A stretch of DNA of 64,000 nucleotides from Eledone cirrhosa (lineage: Eukaryota), in NCBI GenBank assembly GCA_964016885.1, contig OZ024742.1:129022001-129086000 (forward strand), given 5' to 3'. Each line of letters begins with the position of its first letter. Position 1 is the stretch's first letter. Shown here piece by piece: positions 12,728 through 25,015 of the stretch. Both the position numbers and the translations under genes were made by a program. The notes under the pieces are model-generated. The model had not been told where the DNA came from, searched no databases, and saw only the letters and a program-made list of their open reading frames with translations.

Positions 12728-15700
12728 GAGAAGGTTGTACATGGGTACTTAAGATGAAAAAAAACAGACAATAGAAGGGATAAACCATACTAAAAGCTTG
12801 ACATAGAGTTCTGACAAGTTCATAACATCCCACCTTGAAGGATATCTCCATGCAATCCTGGAACAAGAAAACCCCACTAAGTACCTACTGCGCAAAAGAA
12901 GAAAGTCATCAGTTGACAATAAATGTAGGGTGTACAAAACAAAGATTGAAGATGTTAGACACATTATTGCCAACTGTGAAAGATGTTAGTCACATTATTG
13001 CCAACTGTGAAAGATGTTAGACACATTATTGCCAACTGTGAAAGATGTTAGACACATTATTGCCAACTGTGAAAGATGTTAGACACATTATTGCCAACTG
13101 TGAAAGATGTTAGACACATTATTGCCAACTGTGAAAGATGTTAGTCACATTATTGCCAACTGTGAAAGATGTTAGACACATTATTGCCAACTGTGAAAGA
13201 TGTTAGACACATTATTGCCAACTGTGAAAGATGTTAGTCACATTATTGCCAACTGTGAAAGATGTTAGACACATTATTGCCAACTGTGAAAGATGTTAGA
13301 CACATTATTGCCAACTGTGAAAGATGTTAGACACATTATTGCCAACTGTGAAAGATGTTAGACACATTATTGCCAACTGTGAAAGATGTTAGTCACATTA
13401 TTGCCAACTGTGAAAGATGTTAGTCACATTATTGCCAACTGTGAAAGATGTTAGTCACATTATTGCCAACTGTGAAAGATGTTAGACACATTATTGCCAA
13501 CTGTGAAAGATGTTAGTCACATTATTGCCAACTGTGAAAGGTGTTAGACACATTATTGCCAACTGTGAAAGATGTTAGACACATTATTGCCAACTGTGAA
13601 AGATGTTAGACACATTATTGCCAACTGTGAAAGATGTTAGTCACATTATTGCCAACTGTGAAAGATGTTAGACACATTATTGCCAACTGTGAAAGATGTT
13701 AGACACATTATTGCCAACTGTGAAAGATGTTAGACACATTATTGCCAACTGTGAAAGATGTTAGTCACATTATTGCCAACTGTGAAAGATGTTAGACACA
13801 TTATTGCCAACTGTGAAAGATGTTAGTCACATTATTGCCAACTGTGAAAGATGTTAGTCACATTATTGCCAACTGTGAAAGATGTTAGACACATTATTGC
13901 CAACTGTGAAAGATGTTAGTCACATTATTGCCAACTGTGAAAGTTGTTAGACACATTATTGCCAACTGTGAAAGATGTTAGTCACATTATTGCCAACTGT
14001 GAAAGATGTTAGACACATTATTGCCAACTGTGAAAGATGTTAGACACATTATTGCCAACTGTGAAAGATGTTAGACACATTATTGCCAACTGTGAAAGAT
14101 GTTAGACACATTATTGCCAACTGTGAAAGATGTTAGTCACATTATTGCCAACTGTGAAAGATGTTAGTCACATTATTGCCAACTGTGAAAGATGTTAGAC
14201 ACATTATTGCCAACTGTGAAAGATGTTAGTCACATTATTGCCAACTGTGAAAGTTGTTAGACACATTATTGCCAACTGTGAAAGATGTTAGTCACATTAT
14301 TGCCAACTGTGAAAGATGTTAGACACATTATTGCCAACTGTGAAAGATGTTAGACACATTATTGCCAACTGTGAAAGATGTTAGTCACATTATTGCCAAC
14401 TGTGAAAGATGTTAGACACATTATTGCCAACTGTGAAAGATGTTAGACACATTATTGCCAACTGTGAAAGATGTTAGTCACATTATTGCCAACTGTGAAA
14501 GATGTTAGTCACATTATTGCCAACTGTGAAAGATGTTAGACACATTATTGCCAACTGTGAAAGATGTTAGACACATTATTGCCAACTGTGAAAGATGTTA
14601 GACACATTATTGCCAACTGTGAAAGATGTTAGTCACATTATTGCCAACTGTGAAAGATGTTAGTCACATTATTGCCAACTGTGAAAGATGTTAGTCACAT
14701 TATTGCCAACTGTGAAAGATGTTAGACACATTATTGCCAACTGTGAAAGATGTTAGTCACATTATTGCCAACTGTGAAAGGTGTTAGACACATTATTGCC
14801 AACTGTGAAAGATGTTAGAAACATTATTGCCAACTGTGAAAGATGTTAGACACATTATTGCCAACTGTGAAAGATGTTAGTCACATTATTGCCAACTGTG
14901 AAAGATGTTAGACACATTATTGCCAACTGTGAAAGATGTTAGACACATTATTGCCAACTGTGAAAGATGTTAGACACATTATTGCCAACTGTGAAAGATG
15001 TTAGTCACATTATTGCCAACTGTGAAAGATGTTAGACACATTATTGCCAACTGTGAAAGATGTTAGTCACATTATTGCCAACTGTGAAAGATGTTAGTCA
15101 CATTATTGCCAACTGTGAAAGATGTTAGACACATTATTGCCAACTGTGAAAGATGTTAGTCACATTATTGCCAACTGTGAAAGATGTTAGACACATTATT
15201 GCCAACTGTGAAAGATGTTAGTCACATTATTGCCAACTGTGAAAGATGTTAGACACATTATTGCCAACTGTGAAAGATGTTAGTCACATTATTGTCAACT
15301 GTGAAAGATGTTAGTCTCGTTATTGCCAACTGTGAAAGATGTTAGTCACATTATTGCCAACTGTGAAAGATGTTAGACACATTATTGCCAACTGTGAAAG
15401 ATATTAGTCACATTATTGCCAACTGTGAAAGATGTTAGACACATTATTGCCAACTGTGAAAGATGTTAGACACATTATTGCCAACTGTGAAAGATGTTAG
15501 ACACATTATTGCCAACTGTGAAAGATGTTAGACACATTATTGCCAACTGTGAAAGATGTTAGACACATTATTGCCAACTGTGAAAGATGTTAGACACATT
15601 ATTGCCAACTGTGAAAGATGTTAGTCACATTATTGCCAACTGTGAAAGATGTTAGACACATTATTGCCAACTGTGAAAGATGTTAGTCACATTATTGCCA

Positions 15701-17030
15701 ACTGTGAAAGATGTTAGTCACATTATTGCCAACTGTGAAAGATGTTAGTCACATTATTGCCAACTGTGAAAGATGTTAGACACATTATTGCCAACTGTGA
15801 AAGATGTTAGACACATTATTGCCAACTGTGGAAGATGTTAGACACATTATTGCCAACTGTGAAAGATGTTAGACACATTATTGCCAACTGTGAAAGATGT
15901 TAGACACATTATTGCCAACTGTGAAAGATGTTAGACACATTATTGCCAACTGTGAAAGATGTTAGATACATTATTGCCAACTGTGAAAGATGTTAGTCAC
16001 ATTATTGCCAACTGTGAAAGATGTGAGTCACATTATTGCCAACTGTGAAAGATGTTAGTCACATTATTGCCAACTGTGAAAGATGTGAGTCACATTATTG
16101 CCAACTGTGAAAGATGTTAGACACATTATTGCCAACTGTGAAAGATGTTAGACACATTATTGCCAACTGTGAAAGATGTTAGACACATTATTGCCAACTG
16201 TGAAAGATGTTAGACACATTATTGCCAACTGTGAAAGTTGTTAGACACATTATTGCCAACTGTGAAAGATGTGAGTCACATTATTGCCAACTGTGAAAGA
16301 TGTTAGACACATTATTGCCAACTGTGAAAGATGTTAGACACATTATTGCCAACTGTGAAAGATGTTAGACACATTATTGCCAACTGTGAAAGATGTTAGA
16401 CACATTATTGCCAACTGTGAAAGATGTGAGTCACATTATTGCCAACTGTGAAAGATGTTAGTCACATTATTGCCAACTGTGAAAGATGTTAGACACATTA
16501 TTGCCAACTGTGAAAGATGTTAGACACATTATTGCCAACTGTGAAAGATGTTAGACACATTATTGCCAACTGTGAAAGATGTTAGACACATTATTGCCAA
16601 CTGTGAAAGATGTTAGACACATTATTGCCAACTGTGAAAGATGTGAGTCACATTATTGCCAACTGTGAAAGATGTGAGTCACATTATTGCCAACTGTGAA
16701 AGATGTTAGACACATTATTGCCAACTGTGAAAGATGTTAGACACATTATTGCCAACTGTGAAAGATGTGAGTCACATTATTGCCAACTGTGAAAGATGTG
16801 AGTCACATTATTGCCAACTGTGAAAGATGTTAGACACATTATTGCCAACTGTGAAAGATGTTAGACACATTATTGCCAACTGTGAAAGATGTTAGACACA
16901 TTATTGCCAACTGTGAAAGATGTGAGTCACATTATTGCCAACTGTGAAAGATGTGAGTCACATTATTGCCAACTGTGAAAGATGTTAGACACATTATTGC
17001 CAACTGTGAAAGAATGTCTTCTTGTAACTA
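12728..17030 (+). mobile_element. Relic of an R4/Dong-like (RLE-type) non-LTR retrotransposon C-terminal region, split by the 31-bp array
   Basis: Manual translation: EKVVHGY... then in one frame SLT*SSDKFITSHLEGYLHAILEQENPTKYLLRKRRKSSVDNKCRVYKTKIEDVRHIIANCER[array]MSS. This resembles the post-RT EGxxxAIQEQ motif and CxxC..E..HIxxxC zinc knuckle. Family assignment is from recall, not a search. Confidence 0.7.
12949..17013. repeat. 31-bp minisatellite, ~131 copies (intron 3)
   Basis: Unit GATGTTAG(A/T)CACATTATTGCCAACTGTGAAA; no indels seen, few substitutions. Confidence 0.98.
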
Positions 17031-17689
17031 GAGTGGATTTCAAAATGCTGAACCTCACAGAAGAGATAACAAAAGAATGCAACAAATTGAGGGAGGTTAT
17101 GCTAGAAAAGACTCATCCAATTCATGTAAGCATGGAAAAACAATAGAGGAGGAGGACAACAATGATTTGTACAAGATCCCCAAATATAGACAGGGGGAGA
17201 AGTATACACAAATTGTTTATCTTAGTATTTAAATAATATTTATTTTTATTCTACCAACAAAGTCAAGCTTAACAGGATTTGAACTCGGAAAAAAAAAGTG
17301 AAATAACTAAGAAGCTATGCAGATCATTTCGTCTGGCATGCTACTGCTTTTGCCTTCAACCTTTGCCAAGGTTCTGATAATAAAACTGAAAAGCTAATAT
17401 CAGAATTTAGCATTTCATGAACTATTCTACCAGTCTTTATTATGCTCATTTGTTTGATTCAACCAACACATGATAGCTGAAGTAGGGAATGTTTGTGGGA
17501 GTAATGGTGGAACTTAACATATTTCAGATATGATGGAATATATTTTAGAACTAATAAAATCTATGTTTTTATATATATATATTCATTTTATTAAAGCCAA
17601 ATAGTGAGTCTTGTTACTCTGGAGTTTCGCCTGCTTCTCACCTGAAGCAGGCAAAACTATATGCTTTAATCTGTGCACATGGGAAGACA

Positions 17690-18990
17690 GGTCTGTATTT
17701 CTGCTAGATATCTTGACCCTGTATCATCACCTTTATGTGGTGTAATTGTGCAAGGTCATCTTTTATCACCTCATCCCAAGTCTTCTTAGGTCTCCCTACT
17801 CCATAACTTCCATCAACTTTGAGTGCCCTGCACCATTTTATACAGCTATCATCTTGCAATGCTATCTCTTCTCCTGCATGCTACATCTGATCCTTCTTAT
17901 GCCCAGTTTTTCTTTCAGTTCATGTATATTACTATTACACATCCAACAAAGCATGCCAGCTTCATTTCTTTCCAATTTTTGCAAGTCCTCTGCACACAGT
18001 GCCCTGGTCTCACTACCATGTAACAGTGTTATTCATATAAACGCATCATACAATCTTTTGTAGTTAGGAACAGTGGTAGCTCTTTGAATGCTTTTCACCC
18101 CGTTCTCACTCAGGCTACTGTACTTTAGAAACACCCACCTTCACTACTAATTTGGTTACCCAGATAGCAGAAGCTGTCAACTGCCTCTAACGGAACCTTC
18201 CAAAAATTTGATAGCACTTGTTTCCTGTGAGTGTTTATTACTTACTGCTCCTGTGCAATAGCTACACATAAAACCTACGGTGGATTGGCAACATCAGTAG
18301 AGGGTCGGGCGCTATGCTTTGCATCATAGAGTTACAACCCTTTACGGTCTGAGTTCCAATCCCACCGAGGTTAGCTTTGCTTTTCATCCTTACGGGGCCA
18401 ATAAAATAAAGCACCAGTAATGCACTGGGATAATTGCTGGCCTTGTGCCAAATATAGAAACAATTATTAGCTAACCTACCTGAGATCCCACTATATCTCT
18501 TGTGTACTCATTGCTTGCATTTGGGACAGGGGATGGAATTTCTACCCATCCCTTTCCTACACTGTGAGTAGCGCCATTTCCCAGAAGGGATCAGAGCCTT
18601 GTTTTCCTTACTACTTACTAGAACTTTGTCTTTGCAACCTTTTGATTCTAAGTTAAGCTTCCAGTTAAGGAAGCTCATAGATTAAGCTCTGAGTGTTAGA
18701 TCATCAGTGTACAGGAGTTCCTATGAGCATCCTGTTTTAAACTCTTCTGTTATAGCCTGGAGGACGATAATAAACAGGAGAGGGCTAAGGACGGAGCCTT
18801 GGTGGACCCCAACCTGCACAATAAACTATTTGCTGTAGTCATTATTAACTTAATCTTGCTGACAGCACCTCTGCACATGGCTTACCGCCCTCACTAGCCA
18901 CTCTTTTAATCCTAGTTTCCTAAGTGCTCACCAGATTACAGAATGGGGGACCCTGTCAAAAGCTTTCTCTCAGTCAACAAAATGTTAAGT
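17690..18990 (-). mobile_element. Decayed RTE-clade LINE (RT core and C-terminus), interrupted by a SINE
   Basis: Minus strand 18820-18700 reads VQVGVHQGSVLSPLLFIIVLQAITEEFKTGCS*ELLYTDDL (RT QG..LSP and YxDD motifs); downstream part is homologous to 44174..44752. Confidence 0.85.
18279..18470 (+). mobile_element. Same SINE family, full-length copy inside the RTE RT relic
   Basis: Same head, core and tail; flanked by AACCTAC on both sides (probable TSD). Confidence 0.85.
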
Positions 18991-21227
18991 AGAGAGGTTT
19001 GCTACAATGCATATAACTATAATCAAATAGTAAAATATATCAGGTAAAGTACTCCTGGCAATGGAAAAAAATTGGATGGAAGCACATGTGTAATGGTTAA
19101 ATGCCCTCACCTACCATACAAGAAATGTGAGGTTTATTTCCCTGCAGGTATTCCTGTCCACTTTTTGTCCACCTCCAAGAGTGCTTCATCCGATTTATTT
19201 AACTATTTAATTATAGTTGTCAACTATTATCATAGTTATTTGGATTGTGGGGACTATAATTTTAAATTTTCCAATGCTTCACAAATCAACCAATCCTGTT
19301 TTTATAAACACACAAATATATACATGTGCATTTACTTTGATAAAAGATATTTTAAGCAGCTTAGTTTCTATTGTAAAGTGTGGTATACATGATTATATTT
19401 TCAGGTTTAAGTTGAACTTACAGACCTTGATTTTATGCATGGTTCCAATCAATGTTCTTAACCATTTTACCATGAACTAAGAAGTAATTCTTATATAATA
19501 TCATTCTGCTTCTGAAAAGCAGCATACACAATAGCAAGCGTAATCTGCTTAAGTTATATCCCAGCTTTCACGCCATTAGATTGCTGAGAGAAGCAATTTA
19601 CAAGTGAAGACGTTTACAGAGATGTACTATTTTCATTTTAAATATTATATAATTTATTTACTTCCAAGTATGGAATAGGATATGGTACATGAAGAAAGAT
19701 AAAGAATACTTTCGTCACCTAAGTAAAAATATTCACATCAAATTTTGTTTTTGCTTTTAAACATAAGCACAAAGTTATTCTGTTTTTCACACTTGATTGG
19801 GTTGGTTAAATGTAAAATAAAAGAACACACAATGTTGCCATGACATTCTTCACCAGACTGAACCTTGTTTTACTTTTTTTTTAATATCATTTACTGGTAT
19901 GGTCCAGTAACTTCTGGTGGAGTTGTAGGGGTGTTGTAGTGCCATACGCCATTTCTTGGGCATTTTATGCCTGGCGGAGCCCATACCTCTCCACGTCTGA
20001 ACACAGCAGATAGAAAGTGAGGGAGAGGAAAAGAGATATAGAGTAAGAATTGACCCAAGTACTAGATTGGTCCTTTTTTACTGACTTCGAAAGGATGAAA
20101 GGCAAAGTTAACCTTGGTGGGATTTGAACTCAGAGAGCATTCAATCCGGCATTCTAACGACTCTGCTAATTTGTTGCTTTTTATTATTTACTAAAGTACA
20201 GAAATAAAAAAGAAAACAACCAAGTCTACAGCAGACTTCTACCTGTGTTTATTATACAAAAATTTGAGGCAGGTGCCATAACCCAGTGTTAGATAATCTG
20301 TTTGAAAAGCATTTGTAATAGCTATTTTAAACATTTTCTGAGTGTTTTAAGTCTTTTAAAGATCATTTACCATGTAAGTGCAATGTAGTATTTCAGGGAA
20401 CGCCACCTATACAGTGGTAATAACAGAGCAGCTAGACGATGGCTCCATGTAGTATTTAACAGAAAATGCAAATTAGCTGTAGAAAATTAGATTTCGAACT
20501 ACACAAGCAGGGGTCAACTGTATGTTAAAATAATCACTATTACTGATGTCTACAGCCCAGAAAATAGAAAGAGATTACATTAATTTTTCAAAGAAAGTAA
20601 ACATAAATTTGAAATATATTTCTAATTATAATTGTAAATCAGAAATAAATGACAGATCTTCAAAGTTTGAGTTTAAGCTTTGATACCATACACCTTGCTT
20701 CCTTTCCTGAAGTTATCCTTCAGTTTTCTAATAAATAGCTATTTTCAAATTCCTCACAAAACCTACAAGCTACACACACACAGCTTAGTTTATGTGAACT
20801 TGGGCATAATTCAAAATCTGAAGTAAAACACATAACAATCCAGTTTATATTGGTATGTTAATGATTAAACTACCATTTGGGTATTTTATGAGTGGATGTT
20901 CATTGCCGTGTCCAGTCGCTAATGCTGTTTTCTACTGTAATAATAGAGCCTCAATCCTCCACCACCCACTGCAGCTTTCATATTCAGTTGTGGGATCGTA
21001 GTCAGGTGATTAGTCTTGGCCATGAGTGGGATTTAAATCCCAAGACAGAATTTGAACTCAGAAGACATGGTATGAAAACATTTTGTCTGATGTTCTAACA
21101 ATTCCTCCAATTCACTGCCAAAAACTTGCACTTTGTTTTATTGATTCCAAAAGCATGAAAGGCAAAGTTGACCTCGGGGGGGATTTGAATTTAGAGTGCA
21201 GAATGCCAGAACAAATATCACAAGGTT

Positions 21228-21637
21228 TGGCGCTATGCAGTAATACAGAAGAACCCGCCTCGCCTATGTACAAAGCGAAACCTACAGTCAGTAGGCATCT
21301 CTTAACCAAATATACACCCCAATCGGCTATCCCTACTCCATCCTCCCACTCCCACCCTCTCTCTGTAAAGTTGGTACCACAACATCCAGTCCAAATAAAT
21401 GAGATAATGAGATCGAGATCGTGTAGGTGTCACGACAAAAAAACACAGTCCACGCTGTAATGTGGCCGTGTAGGTAACACAGTAAAAAGTTCCCAGTTCC
21501 ACACTGTAAATGTGGTTGGTGTTAGGAAGGGCATCCAGCCATAGAAAACCTGCCAGATAGTCCTATATGAGCGAGACAACTCCCATCTAACCCATGCTAG
21601 TGTGGAAGATGGACGTCAAACAATGATGATGATGATG
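21228..21637 (+). mobile_element. 3'-end-only copy of the same RTE family, inserted into a minus-strand SINE
   Basis: Close match to 44710-45147 (GTCACGACAAAAAAACACAGTCCACGCTGTAATGTGGCCGTGTAGG...), ends in (GAT)n; SINE sequence resumes on both sides. Confidence 0.85.
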
Positions 21638-22946
21638 TTCTGTCTGATGCTCTAATAGCTCTGTCAATTTGCTATTATTGTATGAAAAGACCCATCCACT
21701 AGTACAAGCAATGTGACACTAAAAATAATTGTATTAAGGCTACAGTGTTTAGCAATTAAACAGAGACAATATAGGATCTGAGAGGATTCTTCTGTCTGGT
21801 TAAGCATGTGATAACCTCTCTAGCTGTGGTGTCATAATAAAATGCACCCAGTCCATTGGGTAAAGTATTAGTGCTGGTGCTAGCATTAAGAAGGGCATTC
21901 AGCTATAGAAACCATGCCAAATATGGAACTCATGAGCAAGATGAGGTTGTTCCAACTTGTCTGGTCTTGGACCACGATGATCGGTTCTATCCATGCCAGT
22001 GTAGAAAACAGACATAAAAATGATAATGATGATATCAAAAATAAAATTGCTATCTACTCAAGTGAAGAGAAGAAAATGGGTCTTTATCTCCTTATGGAGT
22101 TATAGGGGCACTGTCCTGATATATGGCATGCCTTGGGTATTTTAAATCTAGTGGCACTCATCTCACAGCCAATTTCTTCCAGAGAAAGAAAAGGGACAAA
22201 GGAAGAATCGATCCCAGTACTTGACTTACTTTAGTAGGATTTGAACTGGAACAAATACTGAGAGATTTTTAATCCTAATGATTCTGCTACTTCACTATAT
22301 ATCTTACTCTTCTTTACCCCACCGCCACCTCACAAAAAAAAACAAAACCCATGTTGGATAATGATATGAGATATGCAACCTGAAATAAAGATGAAAAGGT
22401 CACAGCTAGAATATATTTTGATCAAAGGTCAGCTTAGTCAAAGTTCTTCTGGGGCTAGACACACTTAACAAGGTAGCAATATTTTCCATTCATCGTTTGT
22501 TATAGAAATATTTTAACAACCACTATGAGACATTCCATCCAACCAATATTGGTCAGCAAATGTTGTTGTTGAATACTTCAAAGTGACCACATAGCAAAGA
22601 AGAGCTATACAAAGCCCACCATCATTTTACAGACAGCTAAGAGCATTATTCTGATGAATGAGAAGACTTCAGAAATTGAATCATATAGCAGAGTCCAAGA
22701 GGGAAAAAATAACAAAGAGAGGAACTGGAGAAATTAAATTTACACAATGAAGACAATTCTAAACATTTTCACAATAAAATGTAATGTTTAATAATTTCAG
22801 CTACAATAAAACATTGCAGAATATTCAGAGACATTATGATAATGAAATAAGACAAACTTTTATCTACAGTTATACACAATTCTCATAAACACCTATTATA
22901 TTAGCAGCCTGCTTCTGGAATGTGATACATATATATTTTTACTTAC

Positions 22947-23064
22947 CAACCAATATAATCGGTGCATCTGGACAATGGTGCTTAATCTCTGGGTGCCATT
23001 TAGTTAGAACATTTTCATGTGAAGACGGGCTAACAACACTGAAGCATATCAAAAATACATCAGT
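22947..23064 (-). CDS. Mtl: Mtl-like GTPase coding exon 3
   Basis: Acceptor TTTTTTCAG; encodes [39 protein letters not shown] plus G; donor GTAAGT. Not in the ORF track (too short). Confidence 0.96.
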
Positions 23065-24469
23065 CTGAAAAAATAAAGAGAATTTTAAACGTTAAAATCA
23101 AATCAAAGCAAATGTTACATGTGCTTACAAAAAAAAACAAAAAACAAAAAACAAAAAAACTCCCCCAAACAAACAAACACACACATAAATAACTAATTGA
23201 GAAAACCACTTAAATTAGCTACATGTACTTATAATTTATATAACTAAACTCCTATTTGCAACCACAGAGGTTGTGAATAAAAGTTCACTCATGTTAAACA
23301 TTTTTAAGATACTGGCTTGCACTGCTATAGGTTTGTCTCGTATAAATAATAAATAAAAACCAAAGACTGAAGTTAACATATTTCCAGTGCTACCATTTAA
23401 ACATTTAAAATATTTTCTCTCTCTGATGAAGGGCTTTGCTCAAAATGTCAGAATTCTCATCTCCTTATGGAATACAACCATGTACAAAATTGTAAGCCAC
23501 TTCATAGTCCTACTCCTTGTCATCACCATCATCATCATCGTCATCATTTAATGCATAACTCACTGTTTGTTGAAGACATCACTGAAGGTTTTAGAGAGGA
23601 CTCTTCTGTTGTGTCAAAGACATGATAACCTCCCTAATGTTGCTACCACAATAAAACACACCAGTACATTCTTTGAAGTGGTTTGTAATAGAAAGGGCAT
23701 TCAACTGTAGAAAGAAAACTTATCAAACAAAGGATTGAGATGGCTCATCAATTATCTCAAATGTATGACAACGTGCTGAGAGCTGGTGCCAGAACAAAAC
23801 ACACCCAGTACACTATGTAAAGTGCATAAATGTAAGCAAGATGTGGCCCAGCTGAGTAGCTACGTTTAAGTACTGACATGATCTGTACAGACATGTCCAA
23901 CCCATGCTAGCAAGGAAAACAGATGTTAAATGATGATGATGATGATAATAACTGAAGAAACCGTAGACTATTTTCCCCTATTACCTTCATCAATTATGCA
24001 GCGCTCCTACAACATACAGCAATGATACTATACTTCCTCATGTTCCCTACCTATCTACAGCAAGGTAGACTAAGGTGTTAAGAGTTAAGTGTCTTTGCCA
24101 AGCATAGTCAGAGAAACAATGTCATGATACAGTTATGATTTACAATGTATTTTGGAAATTTAAATCTGGCAGAATCCAACACTTTCCAGATTTGAATATG
24201 GCCAAATTTTCCAGAGAAAGAGAGTGAGAAAGAAATAGAAAGTAAGAAAGAGATACAGATGAAGGATTGACCCCAGCATTGGAAAGGTACTTTATTTATC
24301 AACCTCAAAAGGATGAAAGATAAAGTTGACGTCAGCAGGATTTGAACTCGGAGAACAGACAGAGAGCCAGAACAAATACTGGAAAGCATTCTATTCTATG
24401 TTAAGAACTCTGCCAATTCATCACCTTTAGAGAAATAACACAAACTCATTAGTGACCTATCAGCAAGTA

Positions 24470-25015
24470 GCTGGGTAGCATAGCAACCCAGCCAGGTACC
24501 ATATCAACCCAGTCAGCCAGGTACCATATCATTCCAGTTAGCCAGGTACCATAGCAATCCAGCCAGGTACCATATCAACCCAGTAAGGTACATATCAATC
24601 CAGTTAACCAGGTACCATATCAACCCAGTTAGATGGGTACCATAGCAACCCAGCCAGATGGGTACCATAGCAACCCAGCCAGATGGGTACCATAGCAACC
24701 CAGTCAGCCAGGTACCATATCAAACCAGTCAACCAGGTACCATATCAACCCGATCAGCCAGGTACCATATCAAACCAGTCAACCAGGTACCATATCAAAC
24801 CAGTCAACCAGGTACCATATCAAACCAGTCAACCAGGTACCATATCAAACCAGTCAACCAGGTACCATATCAATCCAGTCAGCCAGGTTCCGTATCAACT
24901 CAGCCAACCAGGTACCATATCAATCCAGTCAACCAGGTACCATATCAACCCAGTCAGCCAGGTACCATATCAACTCAGCCAACCAGGTACCATATCAACC
25001 CAGTCAGCCAGCCAC
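24470..25015. repeat. Degenerate ~25-bp (some 21-bp) tandem repeat, about 22 copies
   Basis: Unit AACCAGGTACCATATCAA(A/C)CCAGTC with a GGTACC core; accounts for the repetitive ORFs 24513-25074. Confidence 0.93.

Noticed and set aside
12949-17013. 31-bp (and 54/58-bp) repeats as a CRISPR array
   Set aside because: Units are head-to-tail with no unique spacers, there are no cas genes, and the context is a eukaryotic intron.
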